Origin: Buttiauxella agrestis
GTDB taxonomy: Bacteria > Pseudomonadota > Gammaproteobacteria > Enterobacterales > Enterobacteriaceae
Length of the DNA stretch: 24,000 bases
Direction of reading: 5' to 3'
NCBI RefSeq assembly: GCF_900446255.1
Contig: NZ_UIGI01000001.1
Coordinates: 250,763-274,762, forward strand
Shown here piece by piece: positions 7,502-14,652 of the stretch. Position 1 is the first letter of the stretch; the number at the start of each line of letters is the position of its first letter. The notes under the pieces are model-generated. The model was not told the DNA's origin. It worked only from the letters and a program-made list of their open reading frames with translations, and did not search any database. Position numbers and translations under genes: made by a program.

Positions 7502-8059
7502 TTAGTTTCCAAATTCTTTACTCAGCCATGCCACGAGACCCGCTGTGTCTATCGGCTCGCGGTGGTCCACGGTATAAACCGGCCCAAGCGACATCGGCTC
7601 TGCGTTATTCGCAAGTTTTACCAACTCCGGCAGATATTCTTCCCCTGGGTGCCCGTGGCGTCTTACGCCAAGCCGCTGCGCATAACGTTCGGCAGCAAGG
7701 GGACCAGGAATGTGGTTCCACACCTCCAGAACCCGGGTGACTCCCGCCTGCTCAAGATAACGCTCGAGCGCTTCTTTCGGCTGGAAGCCAAACCATGCAT
7801 CGACAATAAAGATACATTGCGTTGGGCTATCAGACACTATCGACCAAATCACTTCGTAGGCCGCGCTTCCCAGGCGGCGATTAAACGGCCTGTCTATCTC
7901 CTCGAACTGGGCCATAAAAGGTTCTTTGATACCGTCGATAGTTAGCAGCGGTAACGTAAACGCTTCGGACAACAAACGGGCGATAGTGCTTTTTCCTGAT
8001 GCGGGTACGCCGTTCACAAGTACCACCGTTTTGCCCTGTGTTCGCGTGGACTGGCTCAT
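7502..8059 (-). CDS. P-loop (AAA_33 / chloramphenicol-phosphotransferase- or zeta-like) small-molecule kinase family protein
   Basis: 185 aa. It has the Walker A VLVNGVPASGKST and a Walker-B-like FIVDAWF. Layout resembles CPT-type kinases as I recall them. Its ATG (8057-8059) overlaps the EIIA stop (8056-8058) as ATGA. It looks more GC-rich than the neighbouring genes. Confidence 0.7.
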   Translation of the reverse strand: MSQSTRTQGKTVVLVNGVPASGKSTIARLLSEAFTLPLLTIDGIKEPFMAQFEEIDRPFNRRLGSAAYEVIWSIVSDSPTQCIFIVDAWFGFQPKEALERYLEQAGVTRVLEVWNHIPGPLAAERYAQRLGVRRHGHPGEEYLPELVKLANNAEPMSLGPVYTVDHREPIDTAGLVAWLSKEFGN

Positions 8060-8493
8060 AATATTGCGATCACCTCTTCCTTAACTTTTGCCCGACGCAG
8101 TTTTGCCATCACATCGTCATCACCTAACAAATTCACAATCGCGCGGATACCTTCTTCGATGTGCCCGTTGCTGTCGCAGGCGGCAAACATAATCACGATG
8201 TCGGCCTTTCCGCTGTCGGCAAAGGCGATGGGTTCATCAAGTAACACCAGACTGAAGCCATTTTTTATCACCCCGCACTCAGGGCGAGCGTGGGGCATGG
8301 CAACGCCTTCTTCAAAAACGTAATACGCGCCATGCTCCAGAGTGTTTTTAATGACTGCCTCGTGATAAGAAGGCAGGATATAGCCCTTTTCAACCAACGG
8401 CTGAGCCGCAAGTCTAATCACCTTTTTCCAGTCTGTTTCGCGTATGCCAACTTGTATCGCCTGGGCTTCAATTAGTAACTCTTTAATAGCCAT
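8056..8493 (-). CDS. PTS EIIA component, ascorbate/mannitol type (UlaC/SgaA-like)
   Basis: 145 aa. The active-site context GVAMPHARPE parallels GLAMPHGRPE in UlaC. SD GGGAG lies upstream of the ATG. Confidence 0.9.
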   Translation of the reverse strand: MAIKELLIEAQAIQVGIRETDWKKVIRLAAQPLVEKGYILPSYHEAVIKNTLEHGAYYVFEEGVAMPHARPECGVIKNGFSLVLLDEPIAFADSGKADIVIMFAACDSNGHIEEGIRAIVNLLGDDDVMAKLRRAKVKEEVIAIL

Positions 8494-8502
8494 GCGAACT
8501 CC

Positions 8503-8772
8503 CTAAATAGTCTTGCGAATAATATTTCGTAGCTCATCAATTTTGACAAATAAACCATCGATATGCTGACGGTGCGTTTTACTCTTCGCATAGACTTGTA
8601 ACGCCTGGTTATAGCGCAGCATTAAGTTTTTCTGTGCTTCGCTATTGTCAGGATTATTCTTCAGTGTATTTTCCAGTGTCGTTAATTCAGCTTCATACTG
8701 TTGCGCCTGAATATCATATTGCGTGCTGTCTGAATTATTTTTCTGGAATAAACGTTTTAAAGATTCAAGCAT
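8503..8772 (-). CDS. Hypothetical 89-aa helical protein embedded in the PTS operon
   Basis: A good SD (GGGAG 6 nt before the ATG at 8772). The sequence is Gln/Asn/Lys-rich and predicted all-helical. I recognise no motif. Its stop lies 9 nt before the EIIA ATG. Confidence 0.5.
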   Translation of the reverse strand: MLESLKRLFQKNNSDSTQYDIQAQQYEAELTTLENTLKNNPDNSEAQKNLMLRYNQALQVYAKSKTHRQHIDGLFVKIDELRNIIRKTI

Positions 8773-8841
8773 AGCTATCTCCCGCCCCGACGGTTGCCGG
8801 GCAACCAGGGTTACATTGAAGAGTAAAGAATAACGCGGCGG

Positions 8842-9684
8842 TTATTTAAATAATGCGATCTTTTCGATTAAAACAGCAGCGACGGCGTCATTGGCCGGAA
8901 TTAAAAATTTACGCACGCTGTCGTTCACTTTGCCCTTCTCGAAGGTTTCTTTGCAGTGCCCGACCCACTGCACGTTCATTTCAGTGCCGACGTTAACTTT
9001 ATCAATCCCCCCGGCGACGGCGCGCCGCATATCTTCATCGCTCACACCTGTGCCACCGTGCAGCACCAGCGGGGTTTTGGTCACTTCACTGATATCTGCC
9101 AGCCGCTGATGCTGAATTTTCGCTTTGCCGGTATACAGGCCGTGTACCGTACCGACGGACACCGCCAGCATATCCACACCGGTTTCATCAACGAAACGTT
9201 TGGCGTCTTCGGTGGTGGTAAAGCAGATATCTTCCATGGCAACCGCTTTGCCATCTTCTGAGCCGCCAATTGCGCCTAATTCTGCTTCTACAGAGATATT
9301 TCGCGGGCGGGCAATATCAATAACCTTACGCGTATTGGCGATATTATCGGCCATATCCAGATGCGAACCGTCATACATGACCGAGCTAAATCCGGCGTCG
9401 ATGGCTGTTTTAATGGACTCAATATCCGAACAGTGATCCAGATGCAAACAGGTCGGTATTTGCTGACTTTCAGATAAAGAACGAATGGAATCGACCAATA
9501 AACGATAACCTAAATATTCCGCAGTCCCGGTAGAAATTTGAATCATTAACGGGCTATTGGTTGCTTTGGCAGCTTTAAAATAAGCGGGCAGCATTTCAAG
9601 GCAATGCAAATTAAAGGAGCCTACCGCTTTAAATTTACGCTCTTTGGCTACCTGTAATAAATCCGGGAAGTTATACAGACTCAT
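8842..9684 (-). CDS. Class II ketose-bisphosphate aldolase (GatY/KbaY/FbaA family)
   Basis: The track ORF has an N-terminal extension. I prefer the start MSLYNFPDLL at 9684. Motifs present are CLHLDHC, LVLHGGTG and VNVGTE. The start overlaps the EIIC 3' end by 14 nt. Confidence 0.9.
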   Translation of the reverse strand: MSLYNFPDLLQVAKERKFKAVGSFNLHCLEMLPAYFKAAKATNSPLMIQISTGTAEYLGYRLLVDSIRSLSESQQIPTCLHLDHCSDIESIKTAIDAGFSSVMYDGSHLDMADNIANTRKVIDIARPRNISVEAELGAIGGSEDGKAVAMEDICFTTTEDAKRFVDETGVDMLAVSVGTVHGLYTGKAKIQHQRLADISEVTKTPLVLHGGTGVSDEDMRRAVAGGIDKVNVGTEMNVQWVGHCKETFEKGKVNDSVRKFLIPANDAVAAVLIEKIALFK

Positions 9685-11038
9685 GTGCTTTTTCCTCTTG
9701 AGGTTTGGTTGATTTACCATTCACGAACCAGGCGATAAGCGCCACGAACAGGATGAATAGGCCGACAAACGTCCAGTTATTCTGGAATACATGCCCCAAA
9801 ATCAGGCCGCTACTGATCACATCTGAATCGCTGAAAGTCACACCGGTAAAGCCGTAGCTTTCAAGCATTGGCACCAGGATGGCTGGCAGGAAGGTAATAA
9901 ACAGGCCGTGTACTACGCCGCCGATAATCGCGCCGCGTCTGCCGCCCATTGCGTTACCGAAAATCCCAGCGGTGCCGCCAGCAAAGAAGTTGGTCAACAA
10001 GCCAGGCAGAATCATCGCCAGGCCAAACATTGGGAACACAATCATGCCGATGATGGAGCCAACGGTAGTAGCCAGGAAGCCAACAATCACGGCGTTGGGG
10101 GCGTAAGGGAACAGCACCGGGCAGTCCAGCGCCGGTTTGGCATCCGGTACGATGCGCATCGCAATACCACGGAATGCAGGCACTAGTTCGTTAAGCAGCA
10201 AACGCACACCGCTGTAGAGCACAAATACCCCGGCAACAAACTGAATCGCCTGCATAAAAGCAAACATCAGGTAATTCACGCCGTTGGAGTATTGGCCGAT
10301 GTATTCCGGGCCTGCCGCCAGCGCCGGGATGAGGTACATAGGGATCATCACCACGGCCATCGAAAGGTAAGTGTCTTGCAAGAATTTGAAGTTATCCGGT
10401 AGCACCAGATCTTCGGTAGATTTAGAACCCTTGCCGACAACCTTCGCCACTGCGGCCTGCACCAGATAACCAATAGTGCAGAAGTGGCCCAGCGCGACAT
10501 CGTCAGAACCGGTAATGCGGCGTACCACAGGTTGGGCGAGAGCAGGCATCAGCACCGCCATAATTCCGCCGAATATCCCGCCCGTGAGAATCAACGGCAG
10601 CCCCGTCAGCCCGGCTTTATAGCCGATAACGGCACCAATCGTTGCCATCCAGAGCAGTGCTTGCCCGGTGAGAAAGATGTACTTAAACGGTGTGATACGC
10701 GCAATGATGATGTTGATGATAAATATCACCATCAGCGTGAGTGCCACTTCGGAACCCAGCTCACGGTTTGCAAGGCCGGCAATAGCGGCCACATCGGTGA
10801 TGTAGCCTTTCATACCGAAACCGTGGGTGAAGATGTCGTTCAGGAAAGTCAGCGTATCAACAATAATGTTGATACCCGCCATCATGATTAAAAAACCAAG
10901 CAGCGTTTTAAACGTCCCTTCCGCGACTTTACCCTTCGATTTTTTTTGCAGCAAAAGACCGAGCATGGCAATAAAGGCAATCAATATTGATGCCTGTCCT
11001 AGCAGGTCTTTAACAATAAAGTTAATGATGCTATTCAT
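9671..11038 (-). CDS. PTS EIIC component, ascorbate family (UlaA/SgaT-like)
   Basis: 455 aa, polytopic membrane protein with a UlaA-like length and Gly/Pro-rich helices. Its ATG overlaps the EIIB stop by 8 nt. Confidence 0.9.
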   Translation of the reverse strand: MNSIINFIVKDLLGQASILIAFIAMLGLLLQKKSKGKVAEGTFKTLLGFLIMMAGINIIVDTLTFLNDIFTHGFGMKGYITDVAAIAGLANRELGSEVALTLMVIFIINIIIARITPFKYIFLTGQALLWMATIGAVIGYKAGLTGLPLILTGGIFGGIMAVLMPALAQPVVRRITGSDDVALGHFCTIGYLVQAAVAKVVGKGSKSTEDLVLPDNFKFLQDTYLSMAVVMIPMYLIPALAAGPEYIGQYSNGVNYLMFAFMQAIQFVAGVFVLYSGVRLLLNELVPAFRGIAMRIVPDAKPALDCPVLFPYAPNAVIVGFLATTVGSIIGMIVFPMFGLAMILPGLLTNFFAGGTAGIFGNAMGGRRGAIIGGVVHGLFITFLPAILVPMLESYGFTGVTFSDSDVISSGLILGHVFQNNWTFVGLFILFVALIAWFVNGKSTKPQEEKAHESV

Positions 11039-11345
11039 GGTCGAATACCTTCACATTGCGTTCTTTTAAAAAGGCGACAATCTTTTGTTCGATTTCGTCT
11101 TTATCCGTGAGGCGGTGCAGCACAATGACGCGTTTAATTTCCTCTTCGCTCGCATCGGCCGTTAAAATATCGGCGAACGTTTTTTGCGTTAAAATAATGT
11201 CAGATTTAAAGGCCCCAGCTTCTGATACGGTGGTGTGATCAATTTCTGCCGGAATCTGAAGTTTTTTAAGTACCGCAGTTGCAGCCATTTCAATGGCGAA
11301 ACTGGAACCTAAACCACAGCCGCATACACAAAGAATTTTAAGCAT
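11031..11345 (-). CDS. PTS EIIB component (UlaB/SgaB-like)
   Basis: I prefer the start MLKILCVCGCGLGSS at 11345, with SD GAGGAG 7 nt upstream. The phospho-cysteine loop is CVCGCGLGSS. Length is about 104 aa. Confidence 0.85.
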   Translation of the reverse strand: MLKILCVCGCGLGSSFAIEMAATAVLKKLQIPAEIDHTTVSEAGAFKSDIILTQKTFADILTADASEEEIKRVIVLHRLTDKDEIEQKIVAFLKERNVKVFDHE

Positions 11346-11356
11346 TGAAAGTCTCC

Positions 11357-12337
11357 TCAAATAATATTGAGCTGCTTCGCTAATTTATAATGATGCCCTT
11401 CGGTGTCGACGAGGCGTTTTTGCATACTGATTAAATCTATAGGGATCGGTTTGTTACTCGAATTAATAATAATGGCTTTATTTCTCATGCCGGACTGGAT
11501 ACAACGAACGACTTCACCTGCCATAATTGTGCCCTGATAAATTTCCTCGCAGGTAGGGTCACCGTTACGCAAGCTATAACCAATAATCGACTTACGAATT
11601 CGTACGCCAATTTTTGGCTCAAGTTGTTTAATCATGGTGTCAATCGCCCCCTGGAAGCCGGGGGAATATTCTTTGGTGTAACCTTCGGAGCACAAAATCA
11701 CGACGCTGTTTTGTGTCTCAAGGCGTGCGCTAATCTTGTGTGCCAGTTCGCTCAATGACTGTTGGCACTCGGGGATTAGCGCAAAATCAGCGTTGCTTTT
11801 AATCGCCGATTGCAGCGTCAACTCACCACAATATCCGCCGAGCAGTTCAACCATAAAAACCCGCCCTGGCAAAGCGCGACCTGTATTACGCAGTTTGCCG
11901 ACTTCTTTAATGACTTGTTCACAGGCAGTTGAAAAACCAATGGTGTAATCACTGCCGTAAACATCGTTGTCGATGGTCATACCGACACCGAAACAATTCA
12001 CACCATATTCGCTAAGGTTATTCAGAAACTGTAAGGAGCCGTCTCCGCCTGCCATAATAAGCACATCGATATGCAGGGTTTTTAACTGTTTTGCGATAGT
12101 TTCATATTCGCTACCCATTAATTTACGATGAGTTCTGCCTGAAGACATAATCGGAATGGCGGCAACAGAAAAATCCACTAGATCCCGTACGGAAATAGCC
12201 TGGTGATTATTCTGCAATAAACCTGGAATACCACCGTTAAACAAAACGATTTCTGCCTGTGCCAGTCGGGAAATCTGAAAAACAAAATTATTTATTCCCG
12301 TGACATCACCGCCGCTAATTACCATGCCGATTCTCAT
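11357..12337 (-). CDS. PfkA-family ATP-dependent sugar-phosphate kinase (6-phosphofructokinase-like)
   Basis: The track start is a TTG at 12400. I prefer the ATG at 12337 (MRIGMVISGGDVTGINN), with SD GAGG 8 nt upstream. PfkA motifs SGGD, MAGGDGS and GMTIDNDVYGSDYTIGF are present. The canonical MGRYCG reads LGGYCG here. Confidence 0.85.
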   Translation of the reverse strand: MRIGMVISGGDVTGINNFVFQISRLAQAEIVLFNGGIPGLLQNNHQAISVRDLVDFSVAAIPIMSSGRTHRKLMGSEYETIAKQLKTLHIDVLIMAGGDGSLQFLNNLSEYGVNCFGVGMTIDNDVYGSDYTIGFSTACEQVIKEVGKLRNTGRALPGRVFMVELLGGYCGELTLQSAIKSNADFALIPECQQSLSELAHKISARLETQNSVVILCSEGYTKEYSPGFQGAIDTMIKQLEPKIGVRIRKSIIGYSLRNGDPTCEEIYQGTIMAGEVVRCIQSGMRNKAIIINSSNKPIPIDLISMQKRLVDTEGHHYKLAKQLNII

Positions 12338-12395
12338 GATGCTCGCCTCGTTTATTTGCTTGCAGACATTTTTCCCTTTAAACAAGACTTGAATT

Positions 12396-12411
12396 TGCAA
12401 TGGATGTCACA
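12396..12411 (-). promoter_or_regulatory. Second, weaker CRP-like site, possibly class II
   Basis: The minus strand reads TGTGA-catcca-TTGCA. Its centre is 74 bp from the first site. If positioned at -41.5, it places a GAAAAAT -10-like element and a start about 24 nt before the pfk ATG. Confidence 0.3.
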
Positions 12412-12465
12412 AAAGCAGGATTCATTTAAGCCTGGAGGTCATTGACAGAGGGTTTTTAGGGGCGT

Positions 12466-12489
12466 TTTTTGTGATATGAATCACTGCTA
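12466..12489 (-). promoter_or_regulatory. Near-consensus CRP-binding site upstream of the pfk-PTS operon
   Basis: TGTGA (12470-12474), tatgaa, then TCACT (12481-12485), compared with the consensus TGTGA-N6-TCACA. Its centre is about 140 bp upstream of the pfk ATG. Confidence 0.6.
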
Positions 12490-12687
12490 ATTAATGGCGG
12501 GAAACAAAGTATTTGTTGAAAATATTTTATATTTCAATGGATTAATCTTGGCGGGTGAAAACTAATAATATCAGCGTGCACTTGGTTTTGATGGGGAATT
12601 ATTAGCTTTCAAAAATGTGACTGCTAACGCATTTTTATATGGCTGAAAAGGAATGGGGTTAATTTGGATGTCTAAAATAAATAAGCG

Positions 12688-12714
12688 TGAAGACGGATAA
12701 GCCATCCGTCTTCA
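12688..12714 (-). terminator. Rho-independent terminator after the acetyltransferase, at the end of the raf-like operon
   Basis: TGAAGACGGAT-5 nt loop-ATCCGTCTTCA forms an 11-bp stem, 18 nt after the stop. On the minus strand it is followed by CGCTTATTTATTTT. Confidence 0.7.
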
Positions 12715-12731
12715 TCATTTAAAAGAGCATT

Positions 12732-13313
12732 CTAATCAGCAAAAGCCAATTTATCTTCCGCGCTAATGTCACGCAGCACCCGGCAAGGCACGCCTGCGGC
12801 AACCACGTTTGGCGGAATAGATTTTGTCACTACGCTGCCCGCGCCAATCACGCTGTTGCGACCAATCACCACGCCGGGGTTGATGATGACGCCCGTTCCC
12901 AGCCACACGTTATCTTCAATGGTGACGGGCAAAGAGAACTGCTGCCCGGTGATGCGGATTTCCGAGTCTATCGGATGCCCGGCGGTAGAAATGGTCACAT
13001 TGGGCGCAACCATCACGTTATCGCCAATCGTCACCGTGGCATCGTCCACCACGATGAAATTAAAGTTAGCGTAAAAGTTTTTGCCGATATGCGTGTGGCT
13101 GCCATAAGCCACGCGGATGGGCGGCTCGACCCAGCAATTTTCACCCACGCTGCCAAACAATTGCTGGAGCAGTTCAGCGCGGCGAGCCTCTTGCGAAGGG
13201 CGCGTCATGTTGTAGTCATAGACCCACTCTTTGCCTGCCCGGCGCTCTTCCGGCAACCCTTCACAATGGTCCGTATACAGTTCGCCAACTTCCATTTTTC
13301 TTCGTACTGACAT
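12732..13313 (-). CDS. Hexapeptide-repeat sugar O-acetyltransferase (Maa/LacA family)
   Basis: 193 aa. The N-terminal Mac-type region (GELY..) and left-handed beta-helix repeats (IGDNVMVAPNVTI, IEDNVWLGTGVIINPGVVIG) align well with E. coli Maa as I recall it. The SD overlaps the rafB stop, with a 12-nt gap. Confidence 0.9.
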   Translation of the reverse strand: MSVRRKMEVGELYTDHCEGLPEERRAGKEWVYDYNMTRPSQEARRAELLQQLFGSVGENCWVEPPIRVAYGSHTHIGKNFYANFNFIVVDDATVTIGDNVMVAPNVTISTAGHPIDSEIRITGQQFSLPVTIEDNVWLGTGVIINPGVVIGRNSVIGAGSVVTKSIPPNVVAAGVPCRVLRDISAEDKLAFAD

Positions 13314-13325
13314 GTTCTCTCTTCC

Positions 13326-14591
13326 TTAATTTACCGGAGCCGCCGCAGTTTGTGGGAGCGGAACTCTGTGATTTGACAGGGTAAACGCTGACACGACGGT
13401 GATGGTCAGCACGATACCGCCCAGAATCAGATAGGTATCCTGGAAGCCAATCTTATCGTACATATTTCCGGCAAAAGCCGAGAGGAAAATCGCCGCGGAC
13501 TGTTTGGCAAACTGGAAACCAATCAAATAAATCGTGGCCGACAGGCGGGTGTCGAACACGCCGGTAATATATTTAAACGCCCCAACCAGCAGGAACGGCA
13601 CTTCCAGCGCATGCAACATTTTGAGTGCAATCACTTCAAACGCCGTGGTGGCAAAAGCCGAGCCGATGATACGGGTGGTCATGATCGCCCCGGCAATCAG
13701 CAGCGTGTTTTTGGCGCCGATGCGGTTAATGATCCACGGCGAGCAGAACATAATAATCGCGTTGCAAATTTCTCCGGCAGTGGTCGCAAAACCGAAGGCT
13801 TGGGTGCCTTGCTGTGGGGTATCAAAGAAGGTTTTAAAGAAGGTCGCAAACTGTTGATCGAAGACGTCATAAACGCATGCCACACCCACCACATAGAGAA
13901 TGAACATCCACATTTTGGGCATTTTAAATAACGAAAAGACCATTTTTGCAGAAATCTGGCGCTGATTGGCACCCAAAGAATCCATTACCTGCGCGGTCTG
14001 GTTTGCCTGCGGGCGAGCGACCAGCAACAGCACCATCAAAATCACTGCCGCACCTGAACCCATCCAGAACACAAACGCCGGATTAACGTTAAATAACATC
14101 CCTGCGGTCGAAGCGCACAACCCCCAACCCAGGCAGCCAAACATCCGCGCTTTTCCATACTCAAAATAGCTATTGCGGCTCACGCGTTCGATATACGCCT
14201 CAATCGCGCCGGAACCGGCAGAGAATACAAAACCGATATAAATCCCGCCCGCAAGCGCACCGAGCACGATATTGGCTTTTAGCAGCGGAGCGAAAACATA
14301 CAGGAAGAAGGGGGCGAAGAAGAACAGCATCAGGGTTATGACCCACAGCAAATGCTTTTTAAGCCCCAGTTTGTCGGAAATGATCCCCAGAACGGGCTGG
14401 CAGAGAATGGCAAACAGCGAAATACAGGAAAACACGATCCCGGTATGCGTTTTATTCAGGCCGATCACGTCCGAAAGCCAGATGGGCAGGAACGGGAAAC
14501 AGGTCGCCATAATGAAAAAGTAGAGAAAGAAAAACAGGCCAAAAATCCAGAAGTTAGGGTTATTTTTATGGGTACAGGCAGGCATGCTCAT
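13326..14591 (-). CDS. rafB: Raffinose/alpha-galactoside:H+ symporter, LacY family (RafB-like)
   Basis: I prefer the start MSMPACTHKNNPNFWIFGLFFFLYFFIMATCFPFLP at 14591, with SD GAGGA 7 nt upstream. It is very similar along its length to plasmid RafB and to LacY as I recall them. Confidence 0.9.
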   Translation of the reverse strand: MSMPACTHKNNPNFWIFGLFFFLYFFIMATCFPFLPIWLSDVIGLNKTHTGIVFSCISLFAILCQPVLGIISDKLGLKKHLLWVITLMLFFFAPFFLYVFAPLLKANIVLGALAGGIYIGFVFSAGSGAIEAYIERVSRNSYFEYGKARMFGCLGWGLCASTAGMLFNVNPAFVFWMGSGAAVILMVLLLVARPQANQTAQVMDSLGANQRQISAKMVFSLFKMPKMWMFILYVVGVACVYDVFDQQFATFFKTFFDTPQQGTQAFGFATTAGEICNAIIMFCSPWIINRIGAKNTLLIAGAIMTTRIIGSAFATTAFEVIALKMLHALEVPFLLVGAFKYITGVFDTRLSATIYLIGFQFAKQSAAIFLSAFAGNMYDKIGFQDTYLILGGIVLTITVVSAFTLSNHRVPLPQTAAAPVN

Positions 14592-14652
14592 TGTGTTTTC
14601 CTCAAAGGGACAAACTTGATGGGGCAGCGCGTGCCACCCCGATGTCATGGTA

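Noticed and set aside
8792-8806. The GGTTGCC-g-GGCAACC dyad between the aldolase and the 89-aa gene.
   Set aside because: The stem is short and the loop minimal, with no U-tract. It is at most a minor intra-operon RNA structure and is not worth a feature call.
9879-10891. Plus-strand ORFs of 75-135 aa inside the EIIC gene. Similar antisense ORFs lie inside cheV, the LacI regulator, the aldolase, rafA (up to 230 aa at 15688-16380), rafB, rafR, frvB/frvX and fdhD.
   Set aside because: These are shadow ORFs opposite strongly supported genes. They are rich in Arg/Ala/Gly or Pro, as expected from the reverse complement of coding sequence, and have no independent signals.
12442-12447. A plus-strand TTGACA hexamer in the pfk upstream region.
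   Set aside because: There is no plus-strand gene downstream, since the next genes are all on the minus strand, and no matching -10. It is probably coincidental.
12338-12731. Small ORFs in the central intergenic region, for example MAGNKVFVENILYFNGLILAGEN (23 aa) and MSKINKREDG (10 aa).
   Set aside because: They have no SD, face away from any operon or run into the terminator hairpin, and show no conservation signal I can judge. They are treated as non-coding leader or terminator sequence.
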